Shown here: one piece after another, positions 24,859 through 37,797 of the stretch
Layout of the letters: the number at the start of each line of letters is the position of its first letter
Numbering within the stretch: position 1 is the first letter of the stretch
Source of the DNA: Phallusia mammillata
Lineage: Eukaryota
Reading direction: 5' to 3'
Length of the DNA stretch: 64,000 bases
Assembly (NCBI GenBank): GCA_965637545.1
Contig: OZ281500.1
Location: 5,456,001 to 5,520,000 of the forward strand
Notes under the pieces: model-generated
Told to the model about the DNA's origin: nothing
The model's database searches: none
Seen by the model: only the letters and a program-made list of their open reading frames with translations
Position numbers and translations under genes: made by a program

Positions 24859-27800
24859 CTATTGTGACGGGTTTCCCCATTTTGTAATTCCATCAGCAAT
24901 AATCTTTATCGCTCCCATGCTATTTTGAATATTCTTCTTTGATCTTTCCTTACTAACTTTTCGTTTTTTTTCACCTTCAACAATCTGTTGAAGAGTCTTT
25001 CCCTGACCGTGCACGGCCACCGGCTCTTTAAGCACAATGACCATTCCGTTTGGCATTCCCATCCTTTGGCGCAAAATACCCGTCAGCCACACATCGTCCA
25101 CTCGCAAATAGCGTTGAGTCCGTGACAACACGTTCAATTGGGCAATAACGTCCATTCCAGTGGTGTAAAATCCACCTAGGCAAAACTTAGGATAGAACGG
25201 CCATTTATATTCATCAGCGCTTATATACCACTTTTTGTACGGCCCTGTTTTATTGCGGTATGGTGAGGTATTTTCTACTGCACGGTAGCTGCATATGATC
25301 GGGTTAGACGGCCATTTGTTCGTTAGTTTTGATTCCAAGGCGTTTTCGATGGCAGTGTACAATGTTTCGGGATATATTGTAAAGTCGTCGTCCCCCGAGG
25401 AATAAAGATACGATTGGGGAAGGTGTTCGGTAGCCCACTGCATTCCCGCAAGCGTTTTTAATGGAACGTACCTACATATGCAATACATGTGTTACATGAT
25501 TTTTGCATGTAGTTGTCAAGATTTTTTTTTACAAAAAAGACAAAAAAACAAACAAAGTACGTCCATCACAAAACACGAGTACCAACTTTGCCACGTACAA
25601 TACCACTGGTGGCGCCATGGCGCAGTGGCAAAAACATAGTTTGATATGTTTTGGTTAAACCCTTTTTTAGAGGTTTGTGTCGTTAAAAAACATCACTTTT
25701 GATTTTATAGGGTTATTACATCGATGTTAAATAATTTGCTTAAGGGATAGGGCCTAACTATTGAGCTTAACTACGACACACACATTAGGACAACAGAAGA
25801 AACATTGAGATCTTACTTTTGCATGGAGCTAAATGCACTACACTTCCGTTATAATTAAACACACACCATGAAACTTAACAAAACTAACCTATACTCGTCA
25901 GGCCCGTCCATTTGCAGTATATCATGATGTCTTTCATGTTCCTCGTTAAGCAGAGCCGCATTCTTGCTGTCATTTGACCTCGCTACCACGAAAACCACCA
26001 GAAATCTGCCTTTTTTGTACAAATGATTTTTTTGCCACATCGCCCGCATTTGCTCCCGATGTTGAAAATGGTCCGACTTGGACTTAATAAAGCTCACCAT
26101 CGTCCACGATACATCTGCGGATAAAACATCGAGTTTTTTTGCGCTGTACTCCACTTGTTTTACAAACACCTTTAAATTTTCTATTGGATATATTTTTACA
26201 CAATAATAAAGGCAGATTGTGGTGCCTGTTGTTTTATTTTGATGACCTGATAATGACAATAGCTTGTCGAAACGTGTTTATCACCCAAATACTGGCTCTG
26301 ATTTTTTGATCAGATTATTCAAAACCGTAAATAGTGTACCAAAGGCAGATTGTTTAATTGTTTAGTGTCTTGATACTCAATTCCGGTTTACGGTAACCTT
26401 GTTAGAGTACTCTTGACTGTAACTGTTACTTGACTTGCAATTTTGGTGTAAACAATTTTACAAAGTCATAAAATCAAGAATCTGTGCGACAGATAAACCC
26501 GAAAAAGTGTCAGTAACAGTGTTTCGGTTAAATTATAACGCGTGTCACCAAAGCAATTCATTTTGCGATAAATTTATGCGGTTCAACTGAATAAGAAAGT
26601 ATCGTTCGTTTAAATCGACGCACCAATCCAACTCAACCTTTTTGTTGCAAGTTTTGGTGATCAAAATTTACATTCAAATTTCCTTTATTTGTTTGGGCTT
26701 TACCACTTTTGTCATTCACTGACAAAAACGAATTTGTTTAGCAATAACCGGTCACATCCTGTAAAAAACACGACACGATAAATGCAAGTATTTGCTGTAA
26801 AATGCTGTTTAATTTATAGTGTTCGAAGCATTTACAAAGGATATAATGCGCAAATAAAAACATGGATCAATAACATATAATTTAAAACATTTGTTCGGAA
26901 TTTTAGAAATTGTAGTTTTAAACTCGATAAACTGTTTTGAAACGGTTTCCGTTTGAAAACTTAAAAATGTGTCCGTAAACCCCAATATAAACTTCACGTT
27001 CGCTTCGGTAGAACAATTTCTAAAGAAAGTGTAATCCAAAACCACTGAGAATTTTGTGGCGCTCAATACATCGCAGTTGGAGAGCATCTTTCGCCCAAAA
27101 AACAAGCCGTAAATTCTTTCACAAAGACCAGCTTATCCAAAGAAGCAGCTGCAAGAGTGTCAATATCTCGGCTCAATCAAGAGGGTATTATATAGAGGGT
27201 AGAGGGTACTAAAGGATTTTTTGTGGTGTCCTCTTAAGTGCTTTTGTTCAATTCTAAATGTTTATTCAGGGACATTTTAAAACTTGAATTGAGCTATCGT
27301 TTTGCTAAATGTTTTTTAACATTCATATAATATATACTGACTAAGAATACTTCTAAAAACATCGGACAAAAAACAATTGGGTGCACAAATGTTGGGGGAT
27401 CAGACGTAAAACTCCCGATTTAGACTAGCTGATCACGTGAGATCTGAGTACGTACTTGAGCAGTCTTGTGACAGCTTTGCGTTTAAAAATAGGCGTTTAC
27501 ATTTTACAACATCGTTTTGAGGTGTTTTGCCGTTGCCATGGCATTAGTCCAAGGCTCAGTCACACCTGATGGTAAAATATGGGGCGACAAAGCCACCGCT
27601 TATATTCTTTTTCTCAATAAAAAGGCCATTGTGTTAAGTTTTATACAAACGTTGCACCCCATTTGCAGTTAATTGAGTGCGCTTCTTCTTCACGGAACAC
27701 AAGACATAGAAAGATAAATCTACGCCCATATCGTTAGCGGTCAAATATGAGAAAAATTAAATGTCAAAAATTTCACATTCAAGGCCATTCACTGCGACCG

Positions 27801-30800
27801 ACCACAACAACTACCCTAAATACGACTAGCTCCAAAACGCCCTCTCTTTGGCCAAAGTTAAAATTGGCAGAATTAAAATGCAAAAGGCAGCCGGACATTT
27901 TGGGAAGTGCCAAACAAATTTTGTCCAATACCCTTTTTGCTAACGCTAGGCGTAGGGCGTGTTTTTACGAAACAAGTGATTTTACAAACTGGAGATCAAC
28001 GAGACAGCCAAACTTTATTTACACAATGCAGTAGTTCTCAAACTTTCAATTTTCCTAGGGCGTCGCAGAATATTTTCATTTCGTGGCTTTTTGTTGTTAT
28101 ATCAATAAATACAACTTTAATAATAAGTTTCTTCATTAACTTTTATTTGCTGGTGCGTCGCAAGTCCAGAAAACTTTTCCAGAGGCGTCGCAACAAAAAA
28201 AAAGTTTGAGAACCACTGACCTAATATTTCATGTTTGCATGAATATAAATAGACTTCGGCTTAAAACTCGGAAACAGCGGGCATTTTTGGATTTAAGTAT
28301 CTGTTTGATAATTTAATCGTGATGAGATACGAAACCCCACTGAATTAAAGTTTCCTAATATACAAGACAATTTTGGAGCTACGCTGATGAGCACAAAAAA
28401 TACAAACTTCAAATTCGGGAATATTGTGGATCACGCTACATGTCATCCAACGCAAATATATGTGAAAAAATTGATTTACAAAACGTTTAGAAGAATAAAA
28501 TCGCGTTACATTATTGATTTTGCTGTTTTCTGTAAACCGCTATCCAAACAGTGAGATCGTATTACGAACAGTGTAGTCTTAAGCGCAAAAGACTGAATGT
28601 CGGGAGTTTTCGCAGTAACTCTTTCTACTTCAGAAGTTCATTCTGACTTTGCACCCACTAAAAAACCCCATTTGAATCAGGTTGCCTCTGTACTTTCCGT
28701 GGCATTTGTTCTACCCCAGTTTGTTTTACTTTTGCGTGTTAAACTTTTTTTAACATCAAGTTTATAGAGCTCTTCTGGCAAATGTATTTTAACTTAATAT
28801 TATGCCGTTCAGCAATAGCTTATTTGTTTTTAACGTGTTTACCTTACTGTGAATTTATTTCTCCTACTATGGCAATTTTTTTAATGATAAAAAACAACAT
28901 GTGATTCATAGCGTATAGGGACTGTGTCAACATTGAGGTCAAATTCGCAGGCCTTTTGTTGTAATACTGGCACCCCAATCCAAAGTTAGATCATTATGAC
29001 GCATTGTTTCACGTGAGATCAACCGTAACATGACGTTTTAAGCGTGCTAGAATTGTTTTTAGGACGTTATATTTCAAGGTACGTTTCGACAAACTAAATC
29101 GCATTCATGATCAGTGCTTGTTTTGCACACACATATGGGATCTTATATGCTTTTCAAATGTTTTCGTTTTCTGACACATTGTTAACGGTAGGTGAAGCGA
29201 AACAAACTACTTTTTCTAGAAATGGTGAAAGCCTTTAACGCTAGTGCTTATCCAACCGCATGCTTTCCAGCCAAGCGCAAACGCAGGTACATTGCTTGGC
29301 AGTATTTACTTGATGGTAAAACTACATACACCTTGCTTTTGCTGCAACAAAACATGGTTGAAAGTTTAATGATGACAATAACTGCCCAAATAGACGTAAG
29401 ATTCATATTATCTTATCATCGTTCATAGGACAATACTTTTAAGGCATGGCTTTTAAGATGTTGAACACACAAGCAGTTTATGCATCGGCGTAATAATGTA
29501 TACAGTGGTTGGGTCCAAAGAGATGGTTGACTAGAAAATCAAAGGAAATAAAACGTTTTCCGACCTTGGTAAAAACCCCTGTTAAAACTGTATTCAGTCT
29601 ACTGGCAAATGTGTGATAAAGTAAGTTGTACATTTCAAGCAAAATTGGGGGTGACATGAACAAGATGAAATCAGAAACCAATCCAAACTTATACTTCTGC
29701 ATATAACGAGAAACTGTGCCTATGTTTTGAGCACAAAATATTTTTGTCTTATCATAATTACTGCAACCTACTTGTAACTTCGGCACATAGATTGGAATCA
29801 CATTGGATTGGAAGGAGGTTTTTCGGTTCCTTGAGGAATTTAAACTTAGGTCTTTCGAAGTTTGAATCCGTATCGTTCTCGTCAAAGTTGTAAGTGCGAA
29901 ATACTGGTTGAATTTTGCCGGTGCCGCTAGATTTGTCAACCAACCATTTGCTGAAAAAACATAATTGCAGTTGTGGAAGGGCAAATGTATTGGTAACTTT
30001 TGTCAAAAAATATTTTTGCCTATTGTTTTCTTATTCGTGCTGTATACCAATTTATTCAGCAGTATTTGCTTGACAATCTTGAACGTAGTACGATTTACGA
30101 CTCAAGTATCAACCGGCAAATACACGATCATTTGGCAAAACGAGAAATATGGATTAGGCCTATCTAGGTTGTGTGTAATACCACACAATTTTGCTGATGC
30201 ATGACAACTAATTCTGAGTCATAGAAAGATGTTCACGACGGTTTAATGAAACCGAAACAGTAAACAAAATATTTCAGAGCAGCTCTGGACGATTTTTTCT
30301 AGGTATTTTGGATGTTTAAGCGATTTAGGAAATGTGTTTATGTACGGTCCTGCCTCCTAGCTTTCACCAGTACAATGGAATTTATGAGGTATACAAAGCC
30401 GTTGCGTTGTGTGGCATTCAGCACGACACCGGCTTTGTGCACGTTGAAACACTACTGTCAGAATTGAAAGTGTTATTTTCAAACATAACTTTGTTCTGTT
30501 TTTTTTTTCATCTAAGCTGTGATAGAATATACTTCACATGTAAAGCGTTTAATACAACATTGTGATAGCAAAAATATATGTTGGGGCCCTGTTGTAACCT
30601 AAAGTATACGCTAACTTTATCACTGTTAAATCTGTTGGATAACAGCATTAAATTCCGAACCCTCTTAATGCGACAAATCGTGTGCCAAAAGACAAGCGGT
30701 ACAACAGCACATTGTTGTTTAAGCTATACTTACGTATGTCCTGGCTGTAGAAATGCAATGTAGGTTGTCGTAAATATGACACAGGCGGCTAAAAGAACCC

Positions 30801-30822
30801 GAACTTTTCGGAAATGTCTCAT
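24859..30822 (-). CDS. GT31 beta-1,3-glycosyltransferase paralog B (368 aa as 4 exons; 404 aa with candidate exon 5 at 24620-24822)
   Basis: Exons 30734-30822 (MRHFRKVRVLLAACVIFTTTYIAFL), 29772-29950 (RPKFKFLKEP..CDSNLC), 25889-26114 (WTMVSFIKS..GPDEY) and 24859-25471 (VPLKTLAGMQW, YSSGDDD, YPKFCLGGFY, VDDVWLTG, VH). Phases 2/1/2, GT-AG. 3' end uncertain. Confidence 0.88.
26241..26282 (+). ncRNA. Minimal type I hammerhead-ribozyme-like motif (degenerate)
   Basis: GATGAC-CTGATAA-T-GACAA(tagc)TTGTC-GAAA-CGT-GTTTATC: 5-bp stem II, palindromic ACGT in place of stem III, partial stem I. Core deviates (G8 to A; no non-G cleavage-site residue). Confidence 0.4.
28029..28218. mobile_element. Older hAT (Charlie-like) MITE, intron 2 of paralog B
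   Basis: TIR CAGTAGTTCTCAAACT / AGTTTGAGAACCACTG; internal GCGTCGCA repeats; flanks ACACAATG and ACCTAATA are only partly similar. Confidence 0.75.
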
Positions 30823-31679
30823 TTCAGTGGATCCCTACCACCCTACAATGACAATAAAAGGTTTATGTAAACATTAGTAACCATGATGCTAATGTAAACG
30901 CTGACTTTTAAGACTTTTCTAAATGTACAATCGCTTAAATTTTAGGTTACACTTACAAAACACAAGCAAAATGCGATCTTTTATGATGGAATATAATTCT
31001 GCATACTTCCTACTAATAAAGTTAGAACAACATGACTGATTCTGATTACAAATACACCTCTCTAAGGCGTGACATACATAAACTGACTTTTGCGTAGCTT
31101 TTCGGTAGAATTTTACCTTTTTCACCCAGAAGCAGGTCGATTTTAGACGAACTGCTAAACGCATGTGCGGTCGAATTGATAACAAAGGGTAAAGGGCAGT
31201 GTGACTAATCAACCGTAACTGTTACCACCCTCGTGTGGAGCTTTAATGGCGATCAGGAATTGCTAAATAAATGTGATTTTTGTAATTTGATTTACTTTTT
31301 ATTTACAACTGTGCTTTACAAAAAGCCTTTGACATCCACTCTTCTCCAAGTTTAGTCATTTTGTTCATACATTTGCTAACCTTGCCATAACTGCCACTAT
31401 ACTAGGATCCTATTAAAAATTTGCAAAACGCACTGCTTTTGGTACTGCAGTTAGTCCACTCAGTTGAATTCCTACAAGGTGTGCTGCTTCCAAGTATCCC
31501 GCTTAGCTGAATTTATACAAAGCGTGCTGCGTCAAAGTATCCTGTTCGGTTGACTGGTTATGCGTGTGCATTTTGCACTGATTACAAGGGGTTTTTTCTT
31601 TGCTTTTTAATCACTGGAACGTTTTACGTTTTAAAAAATCTGCACGCTTTTGACAGTAGTAGAGCTACTTACACCATAA

Positions 31680-31778
31680 AACTCACATCAGCCGCACATT
31701 TAGCTAATTTTCGATAGGTAGCGCAAAGTTCCTGCGCCACCTATCACAAATTAGCTAATTGTGCGGCTGATGTGAGTT
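31680..31778. repeat. Near-perfect inverted repeat / hairpin
   Basis: 46-bp arms (31680-31725, 31733-31778) match at 42 of 46 positions with a 7-nt loop; looser pairing extends to 31665-31790. Confidence 0.9.
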
Positions 31779-31926
31779 AGGTGTTAGTAGATTTTCTTTT
31801 TCAGTAAGCGTTGCTGTTCTGTGGACAAGAAACCAAAACTGTTCTGTGACAAAATATATAGCCTATGTCTGTTTTTTGCGTGAAAAACTGATCAAACAAG
31901 AATCAAAGGACAATAGCCTACAGCAG

Positions 31927-32114
31927 CAGGTGTCGGCAACCTTTTTTGCACTGCGGACTGTTTTTGAAAGTGAAATTTTATCACGGAAAGGTCTTCCAAA
32001 AACTACAAATATTTAGCAATGAAACCGCTTTAATTAGTTTATAATCCCCGGGATACATGGGTAAAATATTTAGCATTTAACCTAAAAAATTATACGGCCC
32101 GGTAACGAACTCTT
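31927..32114 (+). mobile_element. hAT MITE family 1, 3'-truncated copy
   Basis: Starts CAGGTGTCGGCAACC, collinear with 7970-8177 up to GGCCCGGTAACGAACTCTT; right TIR missing. Confidence 0.8.
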
Positions 32115-32425
32115 TTGATTCAACCCTGAACTAAACAGAACGACAAAATATTCGTTGTTGTATTAAAGTTTTTTGTATCATCGGTAGCGCTTAAAAAGCC
32201 TAAACACGTGAAGAAAACACATTGACAAAGGCTGTACAAAATACAAACAACTTAATTAACGAAGTGAGAGAACTGAAACCGAAATTGGACCAAAGATTTC
32301 CATGATTGCTTTATAACGCAATATAACTTGAATGTCTTGATTCAATTACGCTTTACAAAAAGGGTTTCACTGCTACGGTGTAATGCACATGGTCTCATGT
32401 GTTAAAGCCTCCATGAGCAACTATT

Positions 32426-35396
32426 TCAAGTTACCCACTGAATTTTGTTTTCCGATGAAATAGGGTCTGATGCTAGGCCACCAAACTTATGAAAAGCCAC
32501 AGGAATCAGAGGTTTAAGTACCATATCATTTGGCATTCCGATCTTAACTCTTAGAATACCGGTTATCCACACATCATCGACACGAAGGTATCGTTCAGTT
32601 CTGGACACTTGAAATAATTGTTTGACAACGCTCATGCTTATGGTGTAAAATCCACCATGGCAGGATTTTGGGTAGTATGGCCATTTGTACTCGTGATTTG
32701 AAATGTACCACTTTTGTAAAGGTCCGTCTTTCACTCTTGTTGGCTTGTGGCTTGGTAAAATTTTGTAAGTGCACACGATTGGAAATTCCGGCCAATTAAA
32801 CTGTAGTAAGTTTTTTCTTGTTATTTCAAGCACGGTTACTAGTCGACCAACGTTTAACATGAAGTCATCGTCTCCGGATGAATAGAAGTAGTTTTCGGTA
32901 GGAAGGTTTTCACTGGCCCACTGCATACCGGCCAAGGTTTTCAGTGGAACATACCTTAGACAATTGAAAAATAGAAAACTTTTAAATGGAGTCAGTACTT
33001 GTACACTTTTTGTCACCTAACTGCTCACTTTAAAAGTTTATAATGTTGGCAAATGTATACGAATTAGATTAACCCTGCGTCAAAGTCCGCAGGATTTGTA
33101 CAGTATTAATAGGCAGCCATGTCAAATTGCTAAATAGCACAGCCTTGGTTCATGAAACAGCAGAACATAAATCCCAAAAACAAACATGGGTCACAAGAAT
33201 ATTTAAGGTAAGGTTTGGAGTTAAAAACAGATTCAAGAATTTGCGTAACGCATGCCCCGAGTTATGTCAGCTTTGTGCGACCAGACGTAAACTACTTAGA
33301 TTTTTCACCAAACCACTTTCTCCATACCAAGCTTCTTTCTCCATACCATTGGGGTTAAGGCGATATGCTCATTGTTTCAAACATTTTATGTTTTTATACT
33401 GTTGGATTTTTTAATTTCATAAGCATACAACTTAAGGTAAGTAGGTTTTGCGCCGTTTACTTTTAAAAAAGCTCGGGACAAACTAAGACAAACTAAACAA
33501 AAAAGCAGCAATTGTTAGTCATGCCTCCAGCTGCACCGCCCTTAAAGTTTTCTGTAATTGTTTACCATTATATCTAAAACGAATTGTGGTGTACAAACGA
33601 ATGAGGAAATCACCTTACCTATAGTCATCTGGTCCGTCAAACTGGAGAATGTCACCGAATGTTTCCGATTCAAGTAAAAGCCGGGAAGCGAACTCAGGTT
33701 TAGGGTTGGCGACCACAAACACAGTCTTCAGTGCTGCGCCGTTATACCAGCTCGTGGACGCCCACGTGCGGCGAATGTCGGCGCGGTTTTTGAAGTTGTT
33801 CGCTTTGGATTTTATGAAGTTTACCATCGTCCAATGCGTTTCTGAAAGCACATATAATTTGCGCCGATAAATAAACATTATCAAAAACTGCATATAAAAC
33901 GCTGAAGCAATAATCTAATAAATAATGATACCCGTAAGAAAAGAATTAGTGGTGATATAAATTCAAGGCATTTGAGACCACCTAATCACTTTTCATATTC
34001 ACACGTTGTGATGAACAATGTAGCCGCAACGCGTTTATCCACCAATTGCGGCCTCTAATTGATCGCAAGGATGTGTAACTGTATCAATGTAAATATTTAG
34101 TGCAAATGTGTTGCTACAACTGTTTCACCGAGCGAAATACTCAGCTTAAATTTCATGACGTGGCAAAATACAAAGAGAAGCTAAGTCAGCAGGTTGGACC
34201 CCCGTCTTTCAATACCACTCGCAAAAAAGCCAGAAAAGGAGTTTTTCTATAGGTCCCGATCTTCATTTATTGTGCTATTAAACCCACCACAAACACCAAA
34301 TATCAGAACAAAGCATGAACGAATCAATTAGGATTTGACCCAACCCACGGAACACATACCACTTGATCGGAGATTTTAAGAAAGGCATTGGAGCGAAAAC
34401 AAAGGTGGAGCAAATGAATAGCGACAACGGGTGTGGTATGCTTTGACATGGTGGCTTGTTATAGACACTGTTTTGATTGCACTTCATGACATGGTAAAAT
34501 GCTGCAACTATTTTGCCCTCTTTTTTTAATATTAGGTCTAGAGCAGAAATAGGCCTACTTAATCTCTTACTCTAAAGTGCACATTTAAAGAACCCAGCAT
34601 TTAAGGCCAAACTATGAATTAAACTCCATCATGAAAGGTATTTTCTGGCTAACCAGGCTACTTTCGATGGTTTACCGTTGAGAACCACTGTACCAGAGCC
34701 TATTTTGCAGAATTTATGGTAGTAATTTGTTTATATGCATACTTATACACCAAACTGCCTTAGAAATGTCCTTCATAACATACATTACAAAACGGAAGCC
34801 ATTTTCGTATAATCTAATTCTTTCCAACCTACTTTGTTGAAGGTTGCATCCTGCACCATGGCATTTCTTGCGTTTCAGAACCGAAGGTTCCAAAATAAAT
34901 CGAAATCGAGGTCTTGAAAATGGAGTTAATTCCGAAAGGGAGCTCTCGTCAAAGCTGTATTTGGGCACCGAAAAGTCACGAGCAATTAACAAAATACGTG
35001 AATCGTGCAGTCCGCTGCCAAATAAGTGCAAGTTTTTGTTACAACATTCAAAGTTGTTAAAACAAGATGACAATGTTGTATTGAAAAATGAATAATTTTC
35101 GGGTGTTTTTTGTCTCAGTTTTGTATATACATGTATATACAGTGATGTGATTCAGGTGGTTCGCACCAGTTCTATAGAACCTTCTGACAAATTTTTTTGG
35201 GATCAGCGAATCTCAAAAAAAAATTGAGATTTTTTGAGTTACAAGTACTGATCACTGTCAATGAATTTTTGCATCTTCTGATATCTGATACACCGATTTT
35301 TGAGATCTGATTAGCTCACGTGTTTTTATGACTTTTGTGATAGAACCGGCTGACAAACAAAATGTATCCCACCACTGTGTATATACGTTTAAACAT
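32426..35396 (-). CDS. GT31 beta-1,3-glycosyltransferase paralog C (336 aa model, C-terminus short)
   Basis: Exons 35320-35396 (MFKRIYTVVGYILFVSRFYH; in-frame upstream ATG at 35429), 34833-35014 (RPRFRFILEP..CHGAGC), 33619-33841 (WTMVNFIKS..RRTW..GPDDY) and 32426-32954 (VPLKTLAGMQW, YSSGDDD, YPKSCHGGFY, VDDVWITG, FH). Phases 2/1/2, GT-AG. Exon 1 is less certain than the others. Confidence 0.85.
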
Positions 35397-35819
35397 ATTG
35401 ATACAAATACAACACCTAACACAAAACATTTGATATTTGTACTTTTTAACAAATTTTTTTTACACACTTTTTACTTTTTTTTGTACTTTTTTAACACTTT
35501 TTAACAAAAAAGTCTGTAACTAAAACGAACTTACATTTTTGAAACTCTAACACCTACGTAACAACCCTTAGACGACCGTTAACATTAGCGGATTAAAAAT
35601 GCTGATTTATACCATTTCTAGTTGCTCCACTGATGACTTAGCTTAGCAGTAACAATAAGTATTAATATGCAAACTTCTACCTTTTAAATATTTGCATCCA
35701 AACCATCAGCAGCGACATGAAAAAGATTCCGAAAAGCAGAAATTGTAACCTCACTCGCATTTTCTTTGCAAAGACACCAAACCTACAAAGCTATCAAAAG
35801 GAAGTCGATTACCCTACAT

Positions 35820-36008
35820 CAGGGGTGGGCAACCTTTGTCACTGTGGGGCCAAATACAATTGCAATAATTAGATCGCGGGCCGCACCTTTATATGGCACA
35901 AGGTGATTTTACTTCGTTGCATACCAAAAATGCCTTACTACAAGTAAAATTCGCATTTGATTCTCGCTGCATATTGTCAGGTCGCGGGCCGCAGGTTGCC
36001 CACCCCTG
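35820..36008. mobile_element. hAT MITE family 2
   Basis: Perfect TIR CAGGGGTGGGCAACCT / AGGTTGCCCACCCCTG; TSD CCCTACAT / CCTTACAT (1 mismatch); ends homologous to 53991-54309 in opposite orientation. Confidence 0.9.
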
Positions 36009-36649
36009 CCTTACATAGTTTGAACCTGTACGCAACTGATTTAAGTGTTGAAATTAACCCAATTGCCGTCGTTAACGTTACCAAAGGCTCTCACATCTCA
36101 ATTAGGCTAAATTACTTACTAACGTCCTACACTAAAAAAGTGAAACACAGTTATTGCAACTAAAGAGAAAAAGCAGTACAAAATATGGATGAGTAATGCT
36201 TGAGAGGTAATGTGCGTTTAAATTAGTCCATAACGTTTTCACGTGAATTTAGCGGAACCAAAGGGTGCAGCATGGCGTCTAATGGCGTGACATGAAAAAA
36301 GGTTACCCGACCCCAACGCAGACAGCACACACCTATGCGACAGGCTACTATTTTGAGATGCCGGTATTCCAGCATGAAAGGTGTGTTGTACACGTTTCCT
36401 TTTCTTCCTGTTTCATACAAGGGCCGTTTTCTTCCTAATTTCATTAGCTCAGCAGGAAATCCTGAAGTTCCCGAGGTATTTCTAAACATTTCGTTTGATC
36501 CAGGTACACTAAAACTGAATGCCTGGAAATATGTCCAGTACGGTTTGTTGTTTAATCCAATTGACATGTTTGAAGCCGAAATTACTACCCAATTCTCCAC
36601 ACTTTATCGACCTTGGAATTAATTTGCGATTTACGAGGTATTACGTGGT

Positions 36650-36722
36650 TACTTAAAGGGGGCCACGAGGCCCGAAAGTTACTTTTAGGGGGTCAAGGTC
36701 CATGAAAGGTTCATAACCACTG
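36650..36722. mobile_element. hAT MITE right-end fragment
   Basis: Ends AGGTTCATAACCACTG followed by GTTTAGGG (TA at positions 4-5); left end not recognisable. A similar solo end, GTTGAGAACCACTG, lies at 34677-34690. Confidence 0.45.
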
Positions 36723-37797
36723 GTTTAGGGCTTGGTGTCAAATGCTGCTATAAAACTTTTTTTTTGATACTGTCAGTCAGTTAACAAAATCACTATCCCC
36801 TATTACAAATTAAAAATTTCCTTTTTTAATTCATGTTTTGTGTTGTAAACATGTAACAATACTCACCATAGACTTGGGGTTCTTTAGTGTACCACAAGCT
36901 TGAAGTTCGACAACCGGTACGAATTTTCAAGCATTAGTGCGTAAGTAACCAAGTGTAACTTATTTAAGCGTTAAGTTAGTAAGCATTGTGCAACATATCA
37001 CAGCATCACGCAAACGAGGCCATACCAAACACACGTCACACCCTTTTAAAACACCACCGAGGGATTGTACGATGATTATTTTTAGGTAAAGCCTTTGGAT
37101 AGACAGCAAACACACGTGACATTTTGCGTGCTTTTCAAGTGCTTAGCTAGCAATAAGTTAGAAGAAATTACAAACGATAAAATTACAGGGTGCAAAGTTT
37201 GCTCTGAGCACACGTGTGATATCAAGGCTAGTGTTATTCGGGCACTTGAGGACAGCTCGTAACAAAATACAGTTTGTAGCAGGAACGTAAACAGGGGCTT
37301 TAACACAAGTTAAAAATAAATAAAGAGTCATGTAAAATTTGTACAACAAAGTATTACTGTATTTCTGTTTTAAACCAATTCGAGCCACTACTTCAGGACT
37401 TTTGGGGAGTTGATATTACTGCACACTTTATTGGCACTGAAATTACTTCGTGTATGATCGAATTCATCAAGCCAATATTGCCAAACAGGTAAAGAAAAAA
37501 ATAGTATTAAATGTGCATTTACGACAAGCCAACAATTGCAACGTCTACGTTCTAAGTCTGCAACTTATGTTACAATTGGTTGGCATACTTTCTAAATCTG
37601 CACCTACAGAAGCCGTGCATTAAAGATACAAACAATGGAAGCAGAGTCAACAAAATTGAACCAGAGTAATTTTGGACTACTTGAACAACTAGTTTGTGAA
37701 CAAAATAACAACAAGTTCCATAAATAAGTGATATGACTTTTGTGCACCTGAGATACATCACGAGTTGGTAAGTTCGAAAAACGATACAAAATAAGAA

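Noticed and set aside
25611-25628. tRNA/SINE A-box (GGCGCCATGGCGCAGTGG)
   Set aside because: No B-box or cloverleaf follows; at most a SINE 5' stub.
29478-29984. 168-aa minus-strand ORF
   Set aside because: Off-frame overlap with exon 2 of paralog B running into intron.
35140-35257. CAGTGAT...ATCACTG as a MITE
   Set aside because: Only a 7-bp inverted repeat and no TSD.
35258-35467. Alternative hydrophobic frame as exon 1 of paralog C
   Set aside because: Starts at GTG, and its donor is phase 1 while exon 2 needs phase 2; the ATG frame fits.
36223-36622. Overlapping 125-aa and 95-aa ORFs
   Set aside because: No recognisable product; probably within the 5' UTR intron of paralog C.
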